From positions 1,152,001 through 1,216,000 of the forward strand of contig CAVTMK010000002.1 in assembly GCA_963735805.1 (NCBI GenBank): a stretch of 64,000 nt of DNA, read 5' to 3'. The first letter of the stretch is position 1. Each line of letters begins with the position of its first letter. The notes below the pieces were generated by a model. That model made no database searches. It was given only the letters and a program-made list of their open reading frames with translations, and had not been told where the DNA came from. Positions 20,288 to 29,087 of this stretch are shown one piece after another. The DNA comes from an uncultured Verrucomicrobiae bacterium (lineage in GTDB: Bacteria > Verrucomicrobiota > Verrucomicrobiia > Chthoniobacterales > UBA10450). The translations under genes were made by a program, and so were the position numbers.

Positions 20288-20584
20288 ATGAGACAAATCA
20301 CAATAACTTTTAAAGAGGAAGCCAAAGGGCTCGTTGCCTGTAGCGTCGATTTCGGGAATCGAGATGAAGCAAGCGAGTTAGAAAACAGGCTGACCGACGC
20401 AAGCCAGACTTCGATTGCGACTGCGCTTAGAGGACTTCCTGCTCATCTGCTTGGAGAGGGGCATGGGACTACGGAACAAGAAGCGGAACAGTTGGCAAAA
20501 CTGGACTCGCAACCTTCTTTCGCGATAACAGCGATAATGGCAGAAAATCTTATGCGCGAACTGGATCCCTGCCACGTTGGATAG
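20288..20584 (+). CDS. Hypothetical protein
   Basis: AGGA upstream of ATG; 98-aa ORF. Confidence 0.55.
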   Translation: MRQITITFKEEAKGLVACSVDFGNRDEASELENRLTDASQTSIATALRGLPAHLLGEGHGTTEQEAEQLAKLDSQPSFAITAIMAENLMRELDPCHVG

Positions 20585-20754
20585 GATCACTTCTAGGATT
20601 TTATCTGACTACCCAATCATCCTGCGTCCCGATTGTTTGTTTTGAGGCAGTGCGCAGACTGCCTTTGCGATATGAACGCCAATTTCAAACGGGATAATCG
20701 GGTGTCGATCCTCCATGCGATGGAATCGATCACGCAAGCGGAGGGTTATGGAAT

Positions 20755-21354
20755 ATGATTGGGGCAAACCTTGATCAACCAGGAGTATCATCAGCGCCAG
20801 ATGAGACACTCATGAAAGCAGTTTCACACCGTCGTCATGACGCGCTTGCCGAGTTATATGGCCGGCATGGCAAGAGACTGCGGGCAACAATCGATGGCGT
20901 TGTTCACGAAGAGAGTGAAGCTGATGATGTATTGCAGGAAATCTTTATCCAGATTTGGAAAGAAGCGGACCGCTATTCACCCAAAGCCGGCAAGCCACTT
21001 GGATGGATGGTCACAATTGCACGTCGACGTGCCATCGATCGATTGCGGCGTCGGCAGGCTTATTCTCGCGTGCGGGAACGTTACCAAGAGCGCGAAGTCC
21101 AGCAGAGTTTCAACTCACCGCGCGAAGCAGATGATGTTTTTGTCTTGAATGATCTGCGTCACTTTCTCAAGCAATGCATGCGCGTGTTGCCTCGGCTTCA
21201 GCGAGAAGCCCTCGAGCTCGCTTTTTTCAAAGGGCTTAGTCATAGAGAAATTGCAGCCGCCACGCACGCTCCACTGGGAACGGTAAAAACTCGACTGGAG
21301 CTTGGTTTGCAGAAACTCACGCACACGCTAAGGCCGCTGCGGCATAAAGTTTGA
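20755..21354 (+). CDS. ECF RNA polymerase sigma factor (SigK-like)
   Basis: DDVLQEIFIQIW, W...IARRRAIDRLR and SHREIA...PLGTVKTRL motifs. Confidence 0.92.
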   Translation: MIGANLDQPGVSSAPDETLMKAVSHRRHDALAELYGRHGKRLRATIDGVVHEESEADDVLQEIFIQIWKEADRYSPKAGKPLGWMVTIARRRAIDRLRRRQAYSRVRERYQEREVQQSFNSPREADDVFVLNDLRHFLKQCMRVLPRLQREALELAFFKGLSHREIAAATHAPLGTVKTRLELGLQKLTHTLRPLRHKV

Positions 21355-21504
21355 GCTAAGTCACGTCAACGGTGGATCGGCTCTCCGAAGACGATGAGGA
21401 TAAATAGCCAAGGGCGCAAATAACAGCCGCCGGCCGCGCTACTTGCCCAGCGCCATTCTACCTAGTGACGCCAGGCAGAGCAGGCTGCAATTGCTGCGTA
21501 ATGC

Positions 21505-21651
21505 CTAGCGCAGCAAGACGACAAGCAACACAATTAGCACAATAACACCCAAGCCTCCGCTGGGGTAGTAGCCCCAGCCGGCGCTATATGGCCAGGCTGG
21601 TAACGCTGCGATTAATATCAGAATCAGGATGATGAAGAGAAGGATGCGCAT
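21505..21651 (-). CDS. DUF3309 family small membrane protein (48 aa)
   Basis: Manual translation MRILLFIILILILIAALPAWPYSAGWGYYPSGGLGVIVLIVLLVVLLR; below ORF-track cutoff. Confidence 0.85.
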   Translation of the reverse strand: MRILLFIILILILIAALPAWPYSAGWGYYPSGGLGVIVLIVLLVVLLR

Positions 21652-21698
21652 ATTGTCAGTCGATTCGCACGTGATGGGTGCCCCGCGTGTGAATTTCG

Positions 21699-21875
21699 CT
21701 AGTGCGGACTTGGCGAAGTGTTGATGTTTATTTCCGTTTTCTCCTTTTTCTCCGCAGGTGGATTTATCACGGTAGTATTACTCTCCTTCTTTTCTGCGGG
21801 CGGATTGATAGTTGTCTGTTTTTCGCACGCCACAAACAACGCAAGGGCAATGACTAAGTAGATGTATTTTACCAT
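21699..21875 (-). CDS. Small lipoprotein with internal repeat
   Basis: Lipobox-like FVAC; INPPAEKKE occurs twice. Confidence 0.7.
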   Translation of the reverse strand: MVKYIYLVIALALFVACEKQTTINPPAEKKESNTTVINPPAEKKEKTEININTSPSPH

Positions 21876-21883
21876 ACAGTTGA

Positions 21884-22001
21884 ATCGCGTCTGGGACACA
21901 AGTTTGTTGTCTCGACGCAGGTTTTGATTCCGCGGTTATGACCTCAGTTATTTATGATCGCACCTCTGTGCGAGACAACTGATCAAACCTCCGCGTGCGA
22001 A
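21884..22001. promoter_or_regulatory. Pair of divergent ECF-type promoters
   Basis: CGAGACAAC-N18-CGAT on minus (21914-21884) and CGAGACAAC-N18-CGAA on plus (21971-22001). Confidence 0.55.
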
Positions 22002-22012
22002 TCCTTAGCACG

Positions 22013-22198
22013 ATGACCAAACTACAATTGAAAGGCAGCTGGAACGAAGTAAAAGGCAAACTCAAACAGAAATACGCGCAGTTGACTGATGACGACCTTA
22101 CGTTTGCGGAAGGAAAGGACGATGAGTTCCTGGGTCGGCTTCAACAAAAGCTCGGTAAAACGAAGGAAGACTTGCGAAGAGAAATCGAAGGCCTGTAA
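22013..22198 (+). CDS. CsbD family stress protein
   Basis: KGSWNEVKGKLKQKYAQLTDDDL...GRLQQKLG. Confidence 0.9.
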   Translation: MTKLQLKGSWNEVKGKLKQKYAQLTDDDLTFAEGKDDEFLGRLQQKLGKTKEDLRREIEGL

Positions 22199-22292
22199 AA
22201 GCTGTGGCTCGACTGGAAACGGGGCTACTGGTAGGGCGCGACCTCCAGGCGCGCCGGGATTACAATTTTAGAAGTTGTGATATATTCCATCG

Positions 22293-22628
22293 ATGCAAAC
22301 GCCTGAAATTACCGCTTATTTGAAGACCTACTGTGGCTGGAGCGCCGGAGTCCGCGCCGTGCTGGCCAAATATAATCTTTCCTACACAGAGAAGGATATT
22401 ATCCAGAACCCCGCGTTCAGATGGGAAATGGAGACCAAGAGCGGCCAACCGCTCTCTCCCTGCGTGGAAATTAACGGCAAAATGCTTGCTGACGTCAGCG
22501 GGGAAGAAGTCGAAAGATATTTGATCGACAACAAAGTCGTCCAACCCAGCGACGCGGCTACGGACGTTCCAACCAATGCGCCGTGTCCGAACGAGCAGCA
22601 TGAGGGAGTTGTGAAGCTGAATTTGTGA
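22293..22628 (+). CDS. Glutaredoxin-like protein (CGWS)
   Basis: YLKTYCGWS and SGQPLSPCVEING thioredoxin-fold motifs. Confidence 0.8.
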   Translation: MQTPEITAYLKTYCGWSAGVRAVLAKYNLSYTEKDIIQNPAFRWEMETKSGQPLSPCVEINGKMLADVSGEEVERYLIDNKVVQPSDAATDVPTNAPCPNEQHEGVVKLNL

Positions 22629-22629
22629 T

Positions 22630-22743
22630 TTGTTAAAGGGTTACAACGTTAAAAGGGGTCAAATCGTTGAACCGCTGAAAGGTTAAGGAGTCAGAAAGGT
22701 TAAACCGCTTTTAACCTTGTAACTCATTTAACTTTTTTAACCT
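22630..22743. repeat. Inverted array of degenerate ~8-bp tandem repeats
   Basis: GTTAAA/GTTACA units followed by inverted TTTAAC/TGTAAC units; similar element at 40029-40112. Confidence 0.6.
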
Positions 22744-22750
22744 TTCAGTA

Positions 22751-24921
22751 ATGCAATTCTTTGCTCGTCTCCGATCGAGAAAAAAGAAGGGCGGTAGCCG
22801 TCTTTTTCGTTACGGCTGGAAAGTCACGCTGCTTCTTCTGTTAGCAGGTGCTGGTTTTGCCGTTTTTCTTTTTTACGGGACGTGGGCGCAAACGTTCGAC
22901 ATGAAGAATGTCGGTGAAATGCCGGAGCGAAATACTGTCTACGATGTCGATGGAAAAATTTATAGTCGCCTGGCCGGCGCAAATCGCCTGAAGGTCTCCC
23001 TCAGCGAAGTATCGCCGTTGTTTGTTACAGCGGTGTTGGCGCGCGAGGACAGCCGGTTTTACGAGCATCAGGGAATTGATTGGCGGGGAATCATGCGCGC
23101 GCTCGTCCGCGACATCCTGAGTGGTTCGCCGAAAGAAGGCGCGAGCAGCATTACCCAACAGCTTGCCAGAAACAGCCTTCCACTCGGGGGCCGGACTCTC
23201 AGTCGGAAATTGCTGGAAGCAATGGTGGCGCTGCGAATCGAGCGCCAGTTTACCAAGCAACAGATTCTGGAGCTTTACGTAAACAGGATTTATTTCGGCA
23301 ACGGTTGCTATGGAGTCGAGACAGCATCGCAGGCTTATTTCGGCAAGAGCGCCGCAAAGCTGAATCTCCCCGAAGCAGCGCTACTGGCAGGATTGATCAG
23401 GGGCCCAAACCGGTTTTCGCCGCTGAAAAACCCGGAAGGCTCGAAGATTCAACGCGATGCCGTTCTGGATCGGATGGTCGCATTGAAAAAACTTTCCCCT
23501 GCGGATGCCGAAGCCGCCAAGCGGGCGAAGGTCGTGACGAGTCCCAGGCGAATGCCCTTCGTGCAGGAGAATTACGCGATGGACGCTGTGCAGCGCGATT
23601 TGAATCTGCTGTTAACGCAGGACCAGATCGATGACGGCGGTCTCTTGATTTACACCACGCTCGATCCAGCCGTGCAAAACGCCGCGCAGGACGCGCTTGA
23701 GACGCAGCTCGCCAAAATCGAGCATCAATCCAATTTTCATCACCCCGTAAAAGCGAATTATCATCCGCCCGAAAATGGAGAAGGGGATTCGGCCATGCCT
23801 TACTTGGAGGGTGCGGTGGTTGTAATTGATAATGCCAGCGGTGGAATTCGCGCGCTCGTCGGCGGGCGCGATTACTCGCAAAGCAAATTTAACCGCGCTC
23901 TCACGCCGGCAAACCGGCAAGTTGGTTCTGCATTTAAGCCATTTGTTTACACGATCGCTTTCAGTCACGGGCTATTGCCGGGCGCTGCCATCAGTGACGG
24001 TCCAATTCAGCCTGGTGAAATCGACGGCGCTGGAAATTGGTCACCTGGAAATTCCGATGGAACGTACGGCGGAATTCGTCCTTGCTCCTATGGCCTGATC
24101 CATTCGCGCAACACCATGAGCGTGCGCGTTGGACAATTCGCCGGGCTGGATGCTGTTCAAAAAGTCGCCAACACGCTCGGCATTTCGCAAAATGTTCCGC
24201 ACGGTCCGGCCACTTACATCGGTTCCTTCGAGACTGACCTGAAAGATTTAACTGCTGCGTACTCTGTTTTTCCCAATGCTGGAGTGCGCAAGCAGTCTTA
24301 CATCATCGAGCGAATTGACGATGCCAATCACAAACCAATTTATCGCGCCGCGCATATCACCGTGCCGGCGCTCGATCCAGGCGCGGCCTGGATGACTTCG
24401 CAACTAATGGAAGAGGTTTTGACTCGCGGGACTGCTGCCAACTCCCGCTCTCTGGGATTTAGATTGCCGGCGGCTGGTAAAACCGGTACGACGAACGATT
24501 ACAAGGACGCGTGGTTCCTGGGTACACCAGTACGTTGACGTGCGGTGTATGGGTCGGATTCGATCAGCCGACGACGATTATTTCACACGGCTACGGCGCC
24601 GCCTTGGCGCTCCCGGTCTGGACACATGTAATGAACAAGGCTGCACAACATTATCCCGCCGAACCGTTGCAACCGACCATGCCGATGCAACATGCCACCG
24701 TGTGCTCGATTTCAAATCAGCTGGCCACGACGGGATGCATGTCTGCTGGGACTGCGTACGATATCGACTTGCCCGTCGACAAGGTTCCAGCCACTGCGTG
24801 TCAGGTGCACGGCGGTCAGCAGTGGCCATTTGCTCAACAGTTCCAGGGCCTGCCACAAAAAGCGGCAACTTTTCCCGGCAAGGTGTTCAAGTCTTTCCGG
24901 AGATTTTTCGGCGGACGATAA
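22751..24921 (+). CDS. Class A penicillin-binding protein (PBP1A family), split by a frameshift near 24520
   Basis: EDSRF, GASSITQQL, SAFK, SRN and KTGT motifs; DAWFL-GYTSTLTCGVWVGFD restored by adding one G at CTGGGTAC. Confidence 0.88.
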
Positions 24922-24960
24922 ACTGCCGGTCACTAACGTGCGCGAGATGTTTCGATTCGC

Positions 24961-25163
24961 CTAGGCCGTATAGTTTTTATTTACCTTCTCCCAATCTTCC
25001 CAGGTATCGATACCGATCGCGCTTCCGGAAACGCGAATTACGCGACGTGCTCGGGGTCTTGCAGAATAGTCGACTTAGCGCCGGCTTCGTCGCCAAGTAA
25101 AAGCAATTCCTTGACCAATGAGCGATCGAAAAGAGCAGGAACACCGACCGTGTTTACGTAGCC
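24961..25163 (-). pseudogene. C-terminal relic of MocA/MobA-like nucleotidyltransferase
   Basis: Manual translation YVNTVGVPALFDRSLVKELLLLGDEAGAK...VA*FAFPE(fs)AIGIDTWEDW; internal TAA and frameshift. Confidence 0.7.
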
Positions 25164-25274
25164 GTACGTGTTCTCGCCGTAGGGGTGAGGTGTCTCGCGC
25201 TGATTATCTGCGAACTGCGCAAAGGGCCAGAAGGATACGAGGACGAATTTGGCTTCCCCGCCGTGTTCCCGTTC

Positions 25275-25294
25275 GTTCCACCGCCTCGTTAGGT
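25275..25294 (-). mobile_element. Left half of attC-like site
   Basis: ACCTAAC-gaggc-GGTGGAAC, 4 nt after the stop of gene 25299-25610; right half not seen. Confidence 0.5.
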
Positions 25295-25298
25295 CGGC

Positions 25299-25610
25299 TC
25301 ACTTTAATTGTCGCGCGCGCATCACCAGCCAAATCTTCCGCGCGATGAACAGCGCGACCTGGCTCAAAAGGGCAGCTCCAAATCCAGACAGGCGATATAC
25401 GCCGAGCCACAGCGCAACGCCGATGATCGCGAAGAACAAGTCTGCATACATCCAGTATCCCGCAAGCATAACTACAGGAACGAAGATAAACCGAACACCG
25501 GACACATACTGCTGAACCTGTGAAGGCTCACCGTAGATGTAGCCCAGTATCGGAACAGCAAAAATCAGGTGAATCCAGCGAAGAATCGAACGTTTCATGG
25601 CGTTATTCAT
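25299..25610 (-). CDS. Small membrane protein (cassette-borne)
   Basis: LRWIHL...ILGYIY; several TM segments; lies between attC elements. Confidence 0.75.
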   Translation of the reverse strand: MNNAMKRSILRWIHLIFAVPILGYIYGEPSQVQQYVSGVRFIFVPVVMLAGYWMYADLFFAIIGVALWLGVYRLSGFGAALLSQVALFIARKIWLVMRARQLK

Positions 25611-25645
25611 GATTCAGTTTGTGGAAATCTGGAAATGCTCATGAG

Positions 25646-25769
25646 ACCTAACGAAACAGAGGTGAGCCACCGCCGGCGACGACGGGCGTTGCGACTATCC
25701 AGAACTGTTTCATAAAATCAAATGTGCTCATCGCGACGGCCAGCGGTTGGTTCTAGCGATTCGTTAGGT
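25646..25769 (-). mobile_element. Complete attC-like recombination site (124 bp)
   Basis: R'' ACCTAAC, 5 nt, L'' GCTAGAAC, arm ACCGCTGGC/GCCGGCGGT, L' GCTCACC, 8 nt, R' GTTAGGT. Confidence 0.8.
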
Positions 25770-26161
25770 CTGACCAGATGGAAAAGTGCACTTGCCGCCT
25801 CGCGAGAAAAAACTTTAAAATTAATCCGCGTCGTAACGCTATTAGCGGTTATCGCGAGCAAGTACCGAAAGCCATAGAGGCCGGTCTGGTAAATTATGTT
25901 CGTGCGCGTGATGTCGGCGAGGCTGATCCGACGTTCGCCAATAAACAGACTGGAGTATACCAAACCGTCGGGATTGATTGTCAGTCTGAACCGCGGGAGC
26001 CAGAAGTGAATGAAGAGCAGTGCAATGATTCCGGTAGCAGCCAGAGCAGCGGCATCTCGGTCGCCGCGCAGTGCCATCGGCAGTGTGATAGCAAAGATGA
26101 GACCGACGCAAATCGTGAGAACGATGTAGCTGCTCCAGCATGCGCGATATGAGCGTGCCAT
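25718..26161 (-). CDS. Gene-cassette ORF: membrane protein with bacterial PH-like C-terminus
   Basis: GTTAGGC core 2 nt before ATG; two TM helices then beta-rich region; reads into the attC. Confidence 0.65.
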   Translation of the reverse strand: MARSYRACWSSYIVLTICVGLIFAITLPMALRGDRDAAALAATGIIALLFIHFWLPRFRLTINPDGLVYSSLFIGERRISLADITRTNIIYQTGLYGFRYLLAITANSVTTRINFKVFSREAASALFHLVRPNESLEPTAGRRDEHI

Positions 26162-26299
26162 AGGCCTAACGAGAATTAGATTGCAAGTTGCAATCTATTC
26201 CCGGTCCTCCCATGGAGAAGCGCGCAAAAAGCAGCATGCCGCAAATGTGCCAAATTGTTCCGCATTTTGAAAGCGCAATGATTCGTGCGTGATTCAAAC

Positions 26300-26688
26300 T
26301 CAGCGAGGTATTGCCGCTTGGATTCCGGCAAGAAATTCTTCAGTGGCTTCGCTCTTGAGAAAAAACCGACGCTCCGGCCGCCAACGCTTGTGAACGCACT
26401 GCTGGATCGTCTTTTCCCGCGAGAAAAATGACTCGCGTCGCAGGCGAAAGCCTGCAAAGCCGCCTTTGCATCTCTAAACCGTTGATGCGCGGCATCGACA
26501 CATCAATTACTGCACCCAGAGGCGAATAAGCCTGCGCATGACGAAGAAATGCTAGGGGATCGCTAAAACGATTAGCCTGTCACCCGCAGGAGGAGAGAAG
26601 CCTTCTCGTCGCCTTCAACACCGAGAGATCATCATCGAGCGCAAACTGCCGCATTGTCTTTATCAGCCGGGGTAACGTTGTTAATCAA
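26300..26688 (-). pseudogene. Single-domain response regulator (receiver) pseudogene
   Basis: Manual translation AVC(fs)LDDDLSVLKATRRLLSSCG*QANRFSDP...VIDVSMPRINGLEMQ...VIFLAG...ALAAGAS(fs)LK; TGA plus two frameshifts. Confidence 0.8.
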
Positions 26689-26816
26689 AGAATCGCGTGA
26701 TCGAGTAGAGTTTTACATGGCCCGCGCCAATATATCGACCTGACATAGCCCCACATGCGGCATATCGTGCCTGAGAACGCTGTTCAAAGTAATTTGCGCC
26801 TGGTATTACTGGTTAC

Positions 26817-27206
26817 ATGAAGAGCAAATCCGAAGGAAACTTCAGGCGCGTGTTGTGCGTTTGCTCAGCTGGCATATTGCGCAGTGCCACCATTGCCTGG
26901 GTGTTGAGTAACGAGCCTTACCGTTGCAACACTCGGGCGGTAGGCTTGGGCGATTACGCATTGATACGCGTGACCCCCCAACTGCTCAAATGGGCAGACG
27001 AAATCGTTTGCGCCGACAAGGAGCAGCACGACGCGATCACTCGCATGACGGATAAGCCTGTGCACTGTCTCCACATTCCGGACCAATACGATTTTCGTTC
27101 CCCTGAGCTTGTGTCAGCGATAGAGACAGCACTCAAACTCTGCGACGTGTTTTCCAGCGTCCAACCGAGATTAAAAGCTGATGATGCTGTGAGAACGCCG
27201 GCATGA
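26817..27206 (+). CDS. Low-molecular-weight phosphotyrosine phosphatase-like protein
   Basis: VLCVCSAGILRS (CX5R), WADEI and LHIPDQY motifs. Confidence 0.8.
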   Translation: MKSKSEGNFRRVLCVCSAGILRSATIAWVLSNEPYRCNTRAVGLGDYALIRVTPQLLKWADEIVCADKEQHDAITRMTDKPVHCLHIPDQYDFRSPELVSAIETALKLCDVFSSVQPRLKADDAVRTPA

Positions 27207-27531
27207 TATTCAAGCCTGCATTCTTCGATGCGGCTTTGTAATCGATCTGGGGGGACTCAATGCAAGACCGGAGGTCATCCCGTCAGCGCAGACGTGAGTC
27301 CGACTATCGCACTCGGCGAAAATTAGTGGATTGAGGGGACGTGTTATGACTGAGGGAAGGATTCTGAGGCGTTCTACTGTGAAAAACAGCGGGTGAAGGG
27401 AATCGAACCCTCGTTTCGATTGTGATCATCGGGTCGCTTCATAGGTAAAACAGGGCGTGAATGGGTTGCGGACGCACGTAGTCAGAACATAAGGTCAGAA
27501 CCAGTCCGTCGATTTCCGGCTAGATTCAACC

Positions 27532-28077
27532 TTGTTGTTTAATGTCCTACTGATAAGGAAATGTGGGGATGAAAGCGGAATCGAAGCCCCCGGGGGGCGG
27601 ATCAATCCCAAGGCAGTAAACGATCGGCAAGCGGCCGAACGCGTCCTGAGAACTCGCCCCAAAACTTACCGGGCTGTAGTGCAGCTACTGGCCGACCCTC
27701 ACGATAGTGTGAATCATATCGCCAAAGTTCACCGCGTGTCGACTCACACCGTGCGGGCCATTCGAGCGAGAGAAGCCAAAACGATAGCCGAACGTAAACA
27801 AAGGCTGATCTCCATCTTTGGCAATGTGGCGGAAATGTCTGCCGAACGGATGGAAGAACTTTGTGGGAAAGCTAACCTGCGCGATGCTGGGATAAGCGCA
27901 GGGATTGCCACGGATAAAATATTGGCTCTGACCGGCCAAATGCCAGCCTTAAACATTGCCAATATCTGGGTGCCGTCGGAGGAGGAGCGTGAGGAAATGC
28001 GTGAGACCGACCGTAAACTGGACGACATCACGGCTCGGCTTAGGGCTATGGACGAAGCTCGTTCTAGTGCCTCGTAA
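27532..28077 (+). CDS. Hypothetical HTH-like protein, phage-remnant-like
   Basis: SVNHIAKVHRVSTHTVRAI resembles an HTH; helical C-terminus; start uncertain. Confidence 0.55.
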   Translation: MLFNVLLIRKCGDESGIEAPGGRINPKAVNDRQAAERVLRTRPKTYRAVVQLLADPHDSVNHIAKVHRVSTHTVRAIRAREAKTIAERKQRLISIFGNVAEMSAERMEELCGKANLRDAGISAGIATDKILALTGQMPALNIANIWVPSEEEREEMRETDRKLDDITARLRAMDEARSSAS

Positions 28078-28193
28078 ACGCACGAGGCTAACTTGCTAAC
28101 GACGCCTGGTGATCGTCACGCGACAATCCACGCGCATGAACGGGACAAACTTTAGTTCAACGCGCTAAGCCCGCATGTGGTCAAAACAGGCCG

Positions 28194-28460
28194 ATGTCTG
28201 AGAGTGTCGCCGTTTCTTTTGTAGCGCTTTTGCTCCTGTCATTTGTGTTCGTCACGTGTTCATATCTCGACCTTCTCAGGCGAAAGGTGTCACGGGCGTT
28301 GTTTGAGGTGTTTGGCTTGTTCTATGTCGCCCTGGTTCTCTCTATCCTCGTGTTTCAAGTCTACAGGCCAGCGCCCGTACCAGTACCAAACAAGGAGTCG
28401 TTGTTTTACGGGCCGACGGATTGGACACCAAAAGGAAATCCGCGCGCTGGGATTGGCTAG
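28194..28460 (+). CDS. Small membrane hypothetical protein
   Basis: Two TM segments. Confidence 0.5.
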   Translation: MSESVAVSFVALLLLSFVFVTCSYLDLLRRKVSRALFEVFGLFYVALVLSILVFQVYRPAPVPVPNKESLFYGPTDWTPKGNPRAGIG

Positions 28461-28515
28461 ATCGTTCAGGAAGCTGCGTTCATCGAGAACGGTTGCTCGC
28501 GTTCACTCTATCAGG

Positions 28516-28543
28516 GGCCGTTGGCTCCAGCGATTGGTTAGGT
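28516..28543 (-). mobile_element. Left half of attC-like site
   Basis: TAG stop then ACCTAAC-caatc-GCTGGAGC-caacggcc; right half absent. Confidence 0.65.
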
Positions 28544-29038
28544 CTATTCGGTTGGTTCATACTTCAATGGTTCTGCGCCGACCGGAGCTTCAATCTTGTC
28601 GTGGGTGATCCTACCGGGCATCTCATGCTTGACCTCTTTGTCCAATATGATGTGGCGTCGCGCTACATCCCAGCCCGTAACCTCCCACTTCACCTCGTAT
28701 TTGTGCAAGCCCGGCGTGTGATACAGCAGCGTCGGCGCTACGTTAGCAGCCGCAACACCGAAGACGTAAACATCGGAGATGTGACCGTCCGGATGGTCGA
28801 TGACAGCAAGGAACTGTGAGTCCGGGGACCACTTCGCATCGATCCATCGCTCGTTCTGTCGCAGAAGCACGCCCGTATCGCGAGAGTTCGCGCGACGCAG
28901 ATAGAGTTTCATCCCCGTACCGTCCTCGTTCGCTGCGGTCGTATAAGCTTCGAACTCGCCGTTTGGCGAGACGAACTGATGGTTGACCGCGAGCGCCTCG
29001 GCTATGAACAGAAGCGGAATTGCGAGTAGAGCGCGCAT
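28544..29038 (-). CDS. Gene-cassette ORF: secreted hypothetical protein
   Basis: GTTAGGT core 2 nt before ATG; signal peptide; WSPDS beta-strand motif. Confidence 0.75.
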   Translation of the reverse strand: MRALLAIPLLFIAEALAVNHQFVSPNGEFEAYTTAANEDGTGMKLYLRRANSRDTGVLLRQNERWIDAKWSPDSQFLAVIDHPDGHISDVYVFGVAAANVAPTLLYHTPGLHKYEVKWEVTGWDVARRHIILDKEVKHEMPGRITHDKIEAPVGAEPLKYEPTE

Positions 29039-29087
29039 AGACCTAACGAGAATTGGCTCGCTTGGGAACGGTTCGACAAAAGCGGAA

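Noticed and set aside
26176..26457. ORF with YLAEFESRTNH resembling an IS1595 transposase end
   Set aside because: The region is better explained by the receiver-domain pseudogene in other frames; no DDE motifs or inverted repeats
27563..27600. GGAATCGAAGCCCC as a second tRNA-derived att fragment
   Set aside because: Match too short and degenerate; lies within an ORF
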